Below are positions 18,643-27,559 of a stretch of 52,096 nucleotides of DNA, one piece after another. This stretch comes from a virus (taxonomy: Duplodnaviria; Heunggongvirae; Uroviricota; Caudoviricetes), in IMG/VR virus record IMGVR_UViG_3300033463_000001, positions 275,298 to 327,393 of that record; one strand, written 5' to 3'. The translations under genes were made by a program, and so were the position numbers. The first letter of the stretch is position 1. Every line of letters starts with the position of its first letter. The notes beneath the pieces are model-generated. The model saw nothing but the letters and a program-made list of their open reading frames with translations, was not told the DNA's origin and did no database searches.

Positions 18643-19055
18643 TGACGCTGCTTTGGCTTGACGATATTCGAGACCCTATGGATACAAAGGTTGATTGGTT
18701 GGGACGATTCTCACCAATCGGCCGGTATCCGTACGTTGTCTGGGTAAAGTCATACGACGAGTTCGTTGCGTTCATCACTAATAACGGTCTTCCTGATGGT
18801 ATCTGTTTCGACCATGACCTTGGTAAAGAAACCGAAAGTGAATTATTGAGGAAAGGGTATAGCAAGAAAGATGCAAGGCGACTAAAGAAGGAAGAAAAAA
18901 CCGGTTACGACTGTGCAAAGTGGCTTATTGAGTATTGTCTCGATAGAGATATCAACATCCCGCCGTACGGACTCCAGACGTCCAATGAGGCCGGCAAAGA
19001 GAATATTGACTGTTTGCTGTCAAACTACAAGAAAATGTACGAGAGGACACACTAA
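18639..19055 (+). CDS. cyclic-phosphate-processing receiver-domain protein
   Basis: LWLDDIRDP, FDHDLG, TGYDCAKWL, TSNEAG pattern. Confidence 0.75.
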   Translation: MMTLLWLDDIRDPMDTKVDWLGRFSPIGRYPYVVWVKSYDEFVAFITNNGLPDGICFDHDLGKETESELLRKGYSKKDARRLKKEEKTGYDCAKWLIEYCLDRDINIPPYGLQTSNEAGKENIDCLLSNYKKMYERTH

Positions 19056-19354
19056 TGATAACGACAGAAAAAGGCAGTGCTCTGTATTGTAAATTCGCCA
19101 GTGGTGAGAAGTTAACTGACGACGAAATGCTCGACCTGGTTGATTTCGGAAAAGACCTCTTGGCGCGTAGGAATGAAGGTGCGGTAATTGATGCAGACGG
19201 TAACGTGCGAATCAAGATGACAGAGGCTGTTGCACGTGCGAGATATGCTTACGAAATGGCGCTGATGGAGATGCGAGGTGAACCAAACACATGCTCATAC
19301 GGAGATTGGCTCTGGCTGAATGATAAATCAATAATAATTGTTGACAATGTATAA
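19055..19354 (+). CDS. hypothetical protein
   Basis: TAATG-coupled ORF. Confidence 0.65.
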   Translation: MITTEKGSALYCKFASGEKLTDDEMLDLVDFGKDLLARRNEGAVIDADGNVRIKMTEAVARARYAYEMALMEMRGEPNTCSYGDWLWLNDKSIIIVDNV

Positions 19355-19655
19355 TTTTAAGGAAGGTAGAACATCGTTCTGGTTTAATATTGTACTAAAG
19401 AAGCTTGGGTTTTATACAAAGCCTAGGCTTGAAATGTATAATCGGTGGTCACACACATATTACAGTCTCCACAATAAGAAACTGGTGTGGATAGGTGGAT
19501 TTGCGCCGATTTATTCCATCGAGCTACCAGCGCCTACATTGAGACAGTTATGGGGGTTGATTTTTACTACTGAAAAAGATGTTAAGGAATACGACAGGCG
19601 CTACCGTGAGAGCATGCGTAAAGCAATCGAACAGTGTAAGGAGACGAAGTCATGA
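19338..19655 (+). CDS. hypothetical protein
   Basis: ORF; start may be ATG 19347. Confidence 0.6.
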   Translation: MLTMYNFKEGRTSFWFNIVLKKLGFYTKPRLEMYNRWSHTYYSLHNKKLVWIGGFAPIYSIELPAPTLRQLWGLIFTTEKDVKEYDRRYRESMRKAIEQCKETKS

Positions 19656-20179
19656 CGGTACAGTATAGCGAGCGACAAATCGCCACATTGTTGGTTAACT
19701 CATACATCGAAGGCGGTTTTCGTGTAAATTTATGTGTTCCTGGTGTTTCGTTCGGTTTCTTCAGTACCCATGAGGCTGATTTGGTGTCTGTAACGAAGTC
19801 TGGATACCTCACTGAGTTCGAGATTAAGCGCACGTGGCAAGATTTTCTGCACGATTTCAAGAAACACACAAACCATTTTGAGAACAAGGTATCGTGTCTG
19901 TACTACGTCGTTCCGGCTTTCATTGCTGATAAGTGCCTTGAGTATCTTGAAAGTCACGAATGGCCTGCGCCGTACAATAACACGTTGTTTGGTTATACAT
20001 GCCCTGTCGGATTGGTTGCATATAACGAGTTCGGACGATTCAAAACCGTAAAGCATGCACCGCAGCTGTGTATCTACACACAGCGTAAGCGGCAAGAATA
20101 TAAACTAACAGAGGCTGAGATTCATAATCTTGCCAGGCTGGGAACTATGAGATATTGGAACCCAAAAATTGAAAAATAA
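19652..20179 (+). CDS. PD-(D/E)XK nuclease-like protein (MmcB-like)
   Basis: EADLVSV..SGYLTEFEIKRTWQDFLHD motif. Confidence 0.65.
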   Translation: MTVQYSERQIATLLVNSYIEGGFRVNLCVPGVSFGFFSTHEADLVSVTKSGYLTEFEIKRTWQDFLHDFKKHTNHFENKVSCLYYVVPAFIADKCLEYLESHEWPAPYNNTLFGYTCPVGLVAYNEFGRFKTVKHAPQLCIYTQRKRQEYKLTEAEIHNLARLGTMRYWNPKIEK

Positions 20180-20192
20180 ATAAGGTAAACAT

Positions 20193-20684
20193 ATGGAAAC
20201 GAAATCACACATGCTCTTTCAAGACGACCATGACAATATAGGCGCTCTACTTGGTACGCGGTACGTAAAATTCCAGCAGGGGTACATGGACGTCGACGGA
20301 AAGAAAGTGACTGAACTCGATTTAGTTGAGTTAGAGCAACCGTTTAATCCGTTTGACGATGAAACCTTTAAGGCGCGTGAAGGTGCAAAGCGCGTACGTC
20401 TTGTATTCCTCAATAAGGAAGGCGTCGACGTCATGATTGAGTACCTTACAGACCTGCGCGATAAGGCGAAAGGTCTTGAGATTCTCAGCAAAAACATCGG
20501 TGACTACGAATGGTCTGAACGCACTCGCAAAGTATTTGAAACAGAAGGTATTGTAACTGTTCTCGACCTTGTAAGGTTGCAACGCTACCAAATTCTTGCA
20601 ATGCACAATGCCGGTAAGAAAACGATGGAGGAGATTGACGAATTTGTCAAGGCTAAACACCTTCAATTCGGAATGGATTTATGA
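20193..20684 (+). CDS. protein with C-terminal RNA polymerase alpha-CTD-like domain
   Basis: IGDYEWSERTRKVFETEGIVTVLDLV...HNAGKKTMEEIDEFVKAKHLQFG matches the RpoA CTD pattern. Confidence 0.75.
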   Translation: METKSHMLFQDDHDNIGALLGTRYVKFQQGYMDVDGKKVTELDLVELEQPFNPFDDETFKAREGAKRVRLVFLNKEGVDVMIEYLTDLRDKAKGLEILSKNIGDYEWSERTRKVFETEGIVTVLDLVRLQRYQILAMHNAGKKTMEEIDEFVKAKHLQFGMDL

Positions 20685-20845
20685 AGATAGGCTACACAAA
20701 ATGGGAAAATAACAGCGAAAGTTATTCTCAGAGGCGTTTTAGGTTCCTACCGATATTTGACGTAACAGGACATGGTAACCACTATTACACCATTGAGGCT
20801 GGAATTTGGTGGTATGGCTTCAAAATGACAATAGTTTTTGACTAA
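20681..20845 (+). CDS. small hypothetical protein (54 aa)
   Basis: Hand translation MKIGYTKWENNSES...; coupled on both ends. Confidence 0.6.
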   Translation: MKIGYTKWENNSESYSQRRFRFLPIFDVTGHGNHYYTIEAGIWWYGFKMTIVFD

Positions 20846-21282
20846 TGGAAACACACGAACAATACGCAACAATCGAAACAGCAAAATTACTGAAACGAGC
20901 TGGGTTTGACTGGCAATGCCACGCTGGATATCAGTATGGTCGTTTAACCGACTACCAGATATCACAACAGAGTGATGATATCCTAATCATGGATTTCAAC
21001 TCTGCCCCGGCGTACATGAATCAATATTCAGCACCAACTTTAGAAGTTGCTCGTAAGTGGCTTGCCGATGTGCATAATTTCTACATAGAAATACGTGTTG
21101 AACCAGATAGTGAAGGTGGAGTCGAGTGGATTCCTCAATGTTACAGGAAAAACATATGGTTGGACGAAATGATTGAAGACCAATGGCACCCGCAACCGAC
21201 ACCACCACATGGAACATACGAAGCGGCATTAGAAAAGGCCATTCGTAGATGTTTAACAATATTATTGCAGAAGAAAAAATGA
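20845..21282 (+). CDS. hypothetical protein, paralogue family A copy 1
   Basis: ETAKLLKRAGFDW...YSAPTL..A.KWL...YEAALEKAI.RCL. Confidence 0.75.
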   Translation: METHEQYATIETAKLLKRAGFDWQCHAGYQYGRLTDYQISQQSDDILIMDFNSAPAYMNQYSAPTLEVARKWLADVHNFYIEIRVEPDSEGGVEWIPQCYRKNIWLDEMIEDQWHPQPTPPHGTYEAALEKAIRRCLTILLQKKK

Positions 21283-21548
21283 AAACAATCTATAAACAAG
21301 AGCTCACAACATACGGCCAGCAAGTAGTCAATCTTCCTGTTGATGCACACATTATACATATTGACGTACAACGTGGTTATCCGTGTATGTGGTACACGTG
21401 CTATAGCGACTCTGAAAAAGTACTTAGGAAGGTATATTGCTTCTATACAGGCGAAGATATTCCCGATGAACCAATGGATTATCTCGGAACCGTTTTAGTA
21501 GAAAATGGAGAGTTGGTATTGCATTATTTCATGAGCAGACTTGTATGA
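21279..21548 (+). CDS. hypothetical protein
   Basis: ATGA-coupled start (MKTIYKQEL...). Confidence 0.7.
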   Translation: MKTIYKQELTTYGQQVVNLPVDAHIIHIDVQRGYPCMWYTCYSDSEKVLRKVYCFYTGEDIPDEPMDYLGTVLVENGELVLHYFMSRLV

Positions 21549-21724
21549 AAAACGTATTACAGAAGGCAATCAATTTCATCCGAATTATCATTCCGGACGA
21601 CACGCGAATATGCGAAGACATGCACGATAATAAGGAAGGACGCAAGTGGTGCGCAGAGCATTGTGCTGGCAATTGCGTGAAGGACGAATGCATTATACAA
21701 TTTTTAAATACGGTTAACATATGA
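21545..21724 (+). CDS. small Cys-rich hypothetical protein (59 aa)
   Basis: Hand translation MKNVLQKAINF...CAEHCAGNCVKDEC...; coupled on both ends. Confidence 0.6.
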   Translation: MKNVLQKAINFIRIIIPDDTRICEDMHDNKEGRKWCAEHCAGNCVKDECIIQFLNTVNI

Positions 21725-22404
21725 AAGATTATGAGATACAGGCGAATGCTGAGGCGTACGCGAAAACCAAAGAGATGAACAGTCCACGCAGCCAAGACGT
21801 GGAACTTGATAAATTGATGATTATCGAGGATTACACGGCCGGTGTACATAGTTGCGACGAGGAGATTGAGGCCTTCAAAACTGCTATTGAAGAGCAACGT
21901 TTGTTAATTCAAAAGCTCATTGAAGACAAAGCTGTTTTGATGAGTGAGGTTAACCGTTTGCGAGGTCAGTGGATAAGTGTAGAAGACCGGCTGCCAGCTA
22001 TGCGTGGTGACACTACAGTTTCAGAGGAGGTGTTAACCATAAGTGACAGGGGTATGATTAAAGTTCGGTATTACTCTTACGGAGGAAAGTATTGGAGTGG
22101 AATTCAAGAAATCCGTGATGAGTATGGTTACGACACTAAAGTAACGCACTGGATGCCAATTCCTGAGTTTAATGAGAAATGCACCAAGACTGACGTTGAC
22201 ATAGCAGGCAACCCATGGATTCGCACTGAGGATTGTATGCCGGAGGAACTGAAAGACGTATTGGTTGTCTCAAACTATGGAGACCTCGATGAATTCCATG
22301 TGGCAATGTATAACCCAAGCGGTTTCTGGCAAACATCAGACTGTATGATTATCGAAGAGGGTGTTCATTCGTGGATGCCGATTCCAAAACTGGTAGAAAA
22401 ATAA
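21721..22404 (+). CDS. DUF551-like protein, paralogue family B copy 1 (two DUF551-like domains)
   Basis: WISVEDRLP...VTHWMPIP and WIRTEDCMP...HSWMPIP. Confidence 0.75.
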   Translation: MKDYEIQANAEAYAKTKEMNSPRSQDVELDKLMIIEDYTAGVHSCDEEIEAFKTAIEEQRLLIQKLIEDKAVLMSEVNRLRGQWISVEDRLPAMRGDTTVSEEVLTISDRGMIKVRYYSYGGKYWSGIQEIRDEYGYDTKVTHWMPIPEFNEKCTKTDVDIAGNPWIRTEDCMPEELKDVLVVSNYGDLDEFHVAMYNPSGFWQTSDCMIIEEGVHSWMPIPKLVEK

Positions 22405-22410
22405 TCTATT

Positions 22411-22812
22411 ATGACAGATATACTCTACGAATCGTATGTTTCACTTGAAACTGCGAAACTACTGAAGAAGGCCGGGTTTGATTGGGTTTGCCGTTTCGCG
22501 TTTCTACCAACAACAGAACGAGGAGAAACACCTTATGCTTATTTTCATAAGCCTACCAATTATAACGATAAAATAAAATATCCTTATGAGGTATATTCTG
22601 CTCCTACTCTTGCTGTCGCTCAAAGATGGTTGAGGGAAGAGAAGAAAATCTATTTACACACAACAGGCATCGGGCCTTATTCAGCATATCTCGATAGTTT
22701 TGCGGCCGGCGGCGTACACTTGACGGATTGGTTTGATTCGTATGAAGAAGCATTAGAATCAGGAATCAAAAAATGTTTAACGGCATTAGTTAATAAACAT
22801 GAATCAAAGTGA
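22411..22812 (+). CDS. hypothetical protein, paralogue family A copy 2
   Basis: ETAKLLKKAGFDW...YSAPTLAVAQRWLRE...YEEALESGIKKCL. Confidence 0.75.
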   Translation: MTDILYESYVSLETAKLLKKAGFDWVCRFAFLPTTERGETPYAYFHKPTNYNDKIKYPYEVYSAPTLAVAQRWLREEKKIYLHTTGIGPYSAYLDSFAAGGVHLTDWFDSYEEALESGIKKCLTALVNKHESK

Positions 22813-23443
22813 ATTGCAGCAGCGAACAAGCGCGTGCCTGAAATACATTTCTGAGAAATATCCTTTATCTACATTAACAATCGAGCGTGCGATTAGTTTA
22901 GCTCTTGAGTGGGGATGGGAAGATGCATTGAAAAATGCTGATAAAGTCCTTAAATGGAGACAAGAACAGGAGGAGAAAAAGAAAGCAGAGGAGGCTACTC
23001 GTGAGGACTATACAAAAGAAGTAGATGCTGATGGCAGGACATGGTATAAACGTGCAAATTTATCTACACAACGCAAAGAATCACGCAAATTATCAGAAGG
23101 GGATATAATAAAATTCCGATATAGTCATGGCGAAGGTGTTATGGTAGTTGGGCATTTTGATTATGAGTCTGATTTTGCCGTTCGAGCATATTATTGTATA
23201 GAGGATTGGTCTTATACCGATGAAAATGGTAATACAATAAAAACTCGTAGTTACTGTGATGGGGTTGCGCCAGGAGTTAATGAATTCTCTTTTGCGACTG
23301 ACAATGAAATAAAACAGTTCTTTGAAGATATTAAAGCACATGGCCAATTTGGACGAAGCGGAATGACAGAGTTGGAATTCTATTTTAAATCTAAATTCAC
23401 ACCCGAAAAAATAAAGGAAAAATGTGCAAAATACGTTGAATAA
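22799..23443 (+). CDS. hypothetical protein
   Basis: 214-aa ORF. Confidence 0.7.
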   Translation: MNQSELQQRTSACLKYISEKYPLSTLTIERAISLALEWGWEDALKNADKVLKWRQEQEEKKKAEEATREDYTKEVDADGRTWYKRANLSTQRKESRKLSEGDIIKFRYSHGEGVMVVGHFDYESDFAVRAYYCIEDWSYTDENGNTIKTRSYCDGVAPGVNEFSFATDNEIKQFFEDIKAHGQFGRSGMTELEFYFKSKFTPEKIKEKCAKYVE

Positions 23444-23444
23444 C

Positions 23445-24014
23445 ATGAAAGAAACACAAGAAACATACAATAGGGCGAAAAACGCTTTTATGAGCCACCT
23501 ACTCTTTAGGTATATTAGGTGCGGAGATATTGATACTTTCAGGGAAGGTTTTCTGCATGAGCGTAAAGAAATGCCAATAGGATGTGTTATTATTCCTTAT
23601 GCTATCAAAAACCCAATGGAGTGGTATGTTGGATGGTACCGTGGTCGTGATGATAAAGGTGCATACTTAATAGAAAGCATTGAAACCCATAAGATATGTA
23701 GATTCTACAATTGTGCGTACCTTTATTCTAATGACAAAGACTTTACGGATAACCAGTGGTACCGGTATTCTGACCGCGAGTACAAGCTGATTGACATCAT
23801 TCGGAATAGAGTTTCTAAGCATAGTACATGGTTTGTAGTTGGAGCGCCAACGTTCCATGAAAACGGAAGTATTGATGTCCCTATTCGCGAAAAATTTAGT
23901 GACGATTTTCTAACTAAAACTTATCGCAACATGCGTTCCATGACAATCAAAGCGCTTGGCGAACAATGCGAAGAATTGTCAGAGATGAACAAAAAAGCAA
24001 TGGAATCAAAATGA
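23445..24014 (+). CDS. hypothetical protein
   Basis: ORF; start set at ATG after upstream stop. Confidence 0.7.
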   Translation: MKETQETYNRAKNAFMSHLLFRYIRCGDIDTFREGFLHERKEMPIGCVIIPYAIKNPMEWYVGWYRGRDDKGAYLIESIETHKICRFYNCAYLYSNDKDFTDNQWYRYSDREYKLIDIIRNRVSKHSTWFVVGAPTFHENGSIDVPIREKFSDDFLTKTYRNMRSMTIKALGEQCEELSEMNKKAMESK

Positions 24015-24175
24015 GATGTTTAGACTGCAGGTGGCTGTACTTAGATAAACTGTTGCACATATTCTATTGCACATGGTTCAAGTATAATAGTCAGCCAAAA
24101 AACGGGAAATTCGCGAACTGCAGGTTAAGGCAGTGTAGTAAAATTAAGCAATGTCCATTAAATAAAGCTGAATAA
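24011..24175 (+). CDS. small Cys-rich hypothetical protein (54 aa)
   Basis: MRCLDCRW...C...C...C...CP; ATGA-coupled. Confidence 0.6.
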   Translation: MRCLDCRWLYLDKLLHIFYCTWFKYNSQPKNGKFANCRLRQCSKIKQCPLNKAE

Positions 24176-24177
24176 GT

Positions 24178-24627
24178 ATGACAAACGATGAAATACAACA
24201 AAACGCAGAACATTACGCGTTTAGAAGAGTGCCCCATCGCGACAAAGAAATAGATTCACTCATTAAAATCATAGCAGAAGATGCTTATCTAGCAGGAGCT
24301 CATAGTCGTGATGACGAAGTAGGTTTAATGCCGAATGCTTTAGAGGCGCAAGCACTCATATTGCGTCAGATGGAGAAAGATATTGCAAAACTCCGATATC
24401 CTTGGATAAGTGTGAACAATCATCTCCCGGAAAGGGACGGGCGAACAAACACATCAGTCGTTGTGTTCGTATTGACAGAGCGCGGTCTTGCTACATCTGC
24501 CTGGTATGACTTTGATGACAATGAGTGGCATTTGCTCTATGGTTTTGTAGATGTGGAAGGAAACGATAAAATGGACTATGCTGTAACGCATTGGATGCCA
24601 ATCCCGAAACTGCAAATTGAAAACTAA
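24178..24627 (+). CDS. DUF551-like protein, paralogue family B copy 2
   Basis: AEDAYLAGAHSRD, WISVNNHLP, VTHWMPIP. Confidence 0.75.
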   Translation: MTNDEIQQNAEHYAFRRVPHRDKEIDSLIKIIAEDAYLAGAHSRDDEVGLMPNALEAQALILRQMEKDIAKLRYPWISVNNHLPERDGRTNTSVVVFVLTERGLATSAWYDFDDNEWHLLYGFVDVEGNDKMDYAVTHWMPIPKLQIEN

Positions 24628-25060
24628 CAATGATATGGTTATAATAACACTTTCAATACTTGTGGCTGTACTGTCAATCCTATTGGTGGCAGCTATGATT
24701 AGCTGGAATCGCGAGCGCTCGAAGCTTATTCGGGAAAAAGTTGAACTGGAAATAGAGTGCCAAAACGTCACAAAGTCTTATGGATTTCTCAGGAACGAAG
24801 TGTGTATGTTACACGAAGCATATTGTCGTGAAAGAGATATTAATAATGGCAAGCATCCTGAAAAAGTGGGAGAACTACCAAAAGACGCGTGGCTTGTTAC
24901 ACAACCATGGGGAACGCGCTACATATCACTCATTGAACCGGCGAATAATGGCATTTGCTACGACGTGATGACTAAGCGGCAGATTCCGGTAACGCCAGGA
25001 CTATTAACGCAAGTTCCTGATGGGAAAATAGACTATTCAAAACTAACAAAACGCAAATAA
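24617..25060 (+). CDS. membrane-anchored hypothetical protein
   Basis: N-terminal TM helix plus coiled coil. Confidence 0.65.
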   Translation: MKTNNDMVIITLSILVAVLSILLVAAMISWNRERSKLIREKVELEIECQNVTKSYGFLRNEVCMLHEAYCRERDINNGKHPEKVGELPKDAWLVTQPWGTRYISLIEPANNGICYDVMTKRQIPVTPGLLTQVPDGKIDYSKLTKRK

Positions 25061-25061
25061 C

Positions 25062-25526
25062 ATGGAAAAGCACGAAACCTACACATCTATAGAAACAGCA
25101 AAGCTACTCAAAGAAGCTGGCTTCGACTGGGAAATAACCACATATTACCATAGAGACTGGGAAGGAGAATACGAACCTACTCCGACTGAAGATTTTTCAA
25201 TCATTAACCACACCCAAAATCTAAATTGGAACGATGATGAAAAATTCTCACTGATACCAGACGGGCAATATAAAGGAATGTTAAATATCGTATCTGCTCC
25301 ATCTATTGCTATGGCTAGCAAATGGCTTAGAGAGGTTAAACATATTTTTGTATTTGCTGTGGCATTCTACGCACCAAACGAAGGTGGTTGGGTATTTGCT
25401 ACGAACATACGCAATATTCCGAGTAGTGGTGATGTGGAAATAAGTCCGTTTAGCACATACGAGCAAGCTATTGAAGCTGGCGTTAATCGTGCACTATTAG
25501 CCATATTAAAAAAGAAACTCAAATGA
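25062..25526 (+). CDS. hypothetical protein, paralogue family A copy 3
   Basis: ETAKLLKEAGFDW...SAPSIAMASKWLRE...YEQAIEAGV. Confidence 0.75.
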   Translation: MEKHETYTSIETAKLLKEAGFDWEITTYYHRDWEGEYEPTPTEDFSIINHTQNLNWNDDEKFSLIPDGQYKGMLNIVSAPSIAMASKWLREVKHIFVFAVAFYAPNEGGWVFATNIRNIPSSGDVEISPFSTYEQAIEAGVNRALLAILKKKLK

Positions 25527-26212
25527 AAACAATCAACACACTAACACTTTGTAATTATTTCGGAACCGGTAATAACATTACATTGACACTTCTGAAGGAT
25601 GGGCTCGCAAAAGACCAACCAATGGCAATTACAGGTCCTAATGGATACGGCAAGACGCTTATCTTGAAACTTATTTCTGAGTTACTAGATGAACGTTGTA
25701 CAGAATACACACACATCGCTGACGTTGTAACATTGACGTGTGACAGTGGTGAAGTTGTATATGAATGTAAAAACGAAGGTGATAAACCAGTAGTTACTCG
25801 CACCGGGACTCTTCCACAATGTATCCTTGTTAAAGACACAGATGAGTGGAATCCTGAGAAGGATAGTCCGATTACTTACGAGGAAAAGAAGGAAGTTCTT
25901 GACAAATTTGTCGGTGGTTTGATTCCTGAGGATGGTAGCCGTGGTTATAGTGCCGGTTACAAGAGGTTGATATGCATCTACCGCGCTGCGAAACGTTCAA
26001 AGGAAGAAGGTAAGGTGCTGTTGATTGACTACGCTGAGTCTAACATTCATATGTTTGGTCAGATTATATTCTCGAAAGAGATTAAACACTGGACAGACCA
26101 ACAGGTTGTAGTAACGACGCATTCGCCGCAAATCTTTGAAGGCTGCTTCGATAGAACAGATGATTTATACCGGTTACTATCCGGTGCACCAGATGATGAA
26201 GATGAAGAATAA
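25523..26212 (+). CDS. minimal ABC-type (AAA_21-like) ATPase with degenerate Walker B
   Basis: TGPNGYGKT, SAGYKRL, LLIDYAE, VVTTHSP. Confidence 0.75.
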   Translation: MKTINTLTLCNYFGTGNNITLTLLKDGLAKDQPMAITGPNGYGKTLILKLISELLDERCTEYTHIADVVTLTCDSGEVVYECKNEGDKPVVTRTGTLPQCILVKDTDEWNPEKDSPITYEEKKEVLDKFVGGLIPEDGSRGYSAGYKRLICIYRAAKRSKEEGKVLLIDYAESNIHMFGQIIFSKEIKHWTDQQVVVTTHSPQIFEGCFDRTDDLYRLLSGAPDDEDEE

Positions 26213-26217
26213 CAGTT

Positions 26218-26793
26218 ATGGCTAAGAATGAAATTAAACTCACGCTTTGCGAACGGATTAAGTTGTGGATTCGCAAGAAGTTATGCCTGTTAATCATGTG
26301 GGCGATTGGTGGTGTGCTTACTTTGATGCGAGAGGAAATATTGGAAAGTAAAGGTAAGCTACACAACCATATTAACAGAGAGTTTGAGGAACTAGAAGCC
26401 TCAACGAGTGAGCAACTGGAAGACTTGGATGAAAAAATCAACACACGAATTGATGTATTAGAAAAACGTGTGTGTGATTGGGTGAATAACTGGGGTAGGC
26501 GTTATGAAAATGCAGAAAAACTACTGAAACAGTTCGATGGTATGACCGCACACTGTGCTGTTGACTATCACAGGCACGAACCAAGTTGGGCTGTTATTCA
26601 CATAGCCGGCAAAAAGCGTGGATATCTCAAGTTTATTAACCTTGAGCGTCTCAATGCGCATGAGTTGATGACATTTCTAAATAGTTTTGAGTACCACGAT
26701 GTAGACGCAAGTCCAGATGTAACTGGTTTGGTTTACGAAACATTCTTTAATGAGCCGAAGACTAGGTTTGACCATAATTTACATGTTCTATGA
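26218..26793 (+). CDS. hypothetical protein
   Basis: Hydrophobic N-terminal segment plus coiled coil. Confidence 0.65.
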   Translation: MAKNEIKLTLCERIKLWIRKKLCLLIMWAIGGVLTLMREEILESKGKLHNHINREFEELEASTSEQLEDLDEKINTRIDVLEKRVCDWVNNWGRRYENAEKLLKQFDGMTAHCAVDYHRHEPSWAVIHIAGKKRGYLKFINLERLNAHELMTFLNSFEYHDVDASPDVTGLVYETFFNEPKTRFDHNLHVL

Positions 26794-27215
26794 CAAAGAA
26801 AGAAATTGAAAAAGCTGCTGAGAACTACGCGTTTGACCGTTATGACATTCCCTTCGAGGAAGACAGTGCAATGAAGGTTATTGTTGCAGAAGATGCATAC
26901 GAGGCCGGCGCACATAGTCGTGATAAAGAGGTTAAAGACCTTAAAGTAAAACTCAAGAAGGCTAATGAGCTGCTTCGTACAAGGAAAAATATCATTAGGA
27001 GTCTGATTGACCCGTGGATTAACGTTAGAGACAGGCTCCCGGAGGACAATGATTTAGTTCTTACAATATACTGGGTACACAAAGATTTCTACTCAATAGA
27101 GTTGTCGTCTTACAACCCGAAAACACGCGAGTGGGATTGTGGTGAGTTTGGTTACCGTATATCACACTGGATGCCAATTCCGAGACTTCCTCACGAGGAG
27201 AGAGATGAAGAATAA
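26790..27215 (+). CDS. DUF551-like protein, paralogue family B copy 3
   Basis: AEDAYEAGAHSRD, WINVRDRLP, ISHWMPIP. Confidence 0.75.
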   Translation: MTKKEIEKAAENYAFDRYDIPFEEDSAMKVIVAEDAYEAGAHSRDKEVKDLKVKLKKANELLRTRKNIIRSLIDPWINVRDRLPEDNDLVLTIYWVHKDFYSIELSSYNPKTREWDCGEFGYRISHWMPIPRLPHEERDEE

Positions 27216-27225
27216 CACCAAAGGA

Positions 27226-27257
27226 TTTGCAAAATTGAAAATTTTTACTTATCTTTG
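27226..27257 (+). promoter_or_regulatory. Bacteroidetes housekeeping-type promoter
   Basis: TTTG-N20-TATCTTTG upstream of ATG 27289. Confidence 0.8.
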
Positions 27258-27288
27258 CGGTAGTTTTTAAAAATTAACGTTTAATTGT

Positions 27289-27558
27289 ATGAAACCAGGA
27301 GAATTCACGATTGAATTTGCAGAAAGTAAGGCAAAACTTTATGTAACCGACGATTCGAGCGAAGCCACATTCCTGACTTTCTTAATGGAAGCAATCAAGG
27401 TTATGCCGAAAGAGTATAAATTCTCGTACTCTATGGACAAACCTATTGAGCACACACATATCAGTGTGCCGAAACCTCTTCCGGAAGGAGAATTGGTAAA
27501 GTTAGCACTCGAACAACAGAAAAAAGACATGGATGCATTCCTAAATCAACCTGAATGA
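27289..27558 (+). CDS. hypothetical protein
   Basis: First ORF after host-type promoter. Confidence 0.7.
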   Translation: MKPGEFTIEFAESKAKLYVTDDSSEATFLTFLMEAIKVMPKEYKFSYSMDKPIEHTHISVPKPLPEGELVKLALEQQKKDMDAFLNQPE

Positions 27559-27559
27559 A

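Noticed and set aside
20845-27215. CRISPR array, DGR or invertible-repeat (shufflon) explanation for the repeats
   Set aside because: Repeats are degenerate protein-coding paralogue blocks in the same orientation and not regularly spaced; no reverse transcriptase, cas gene or recombinase in the window.
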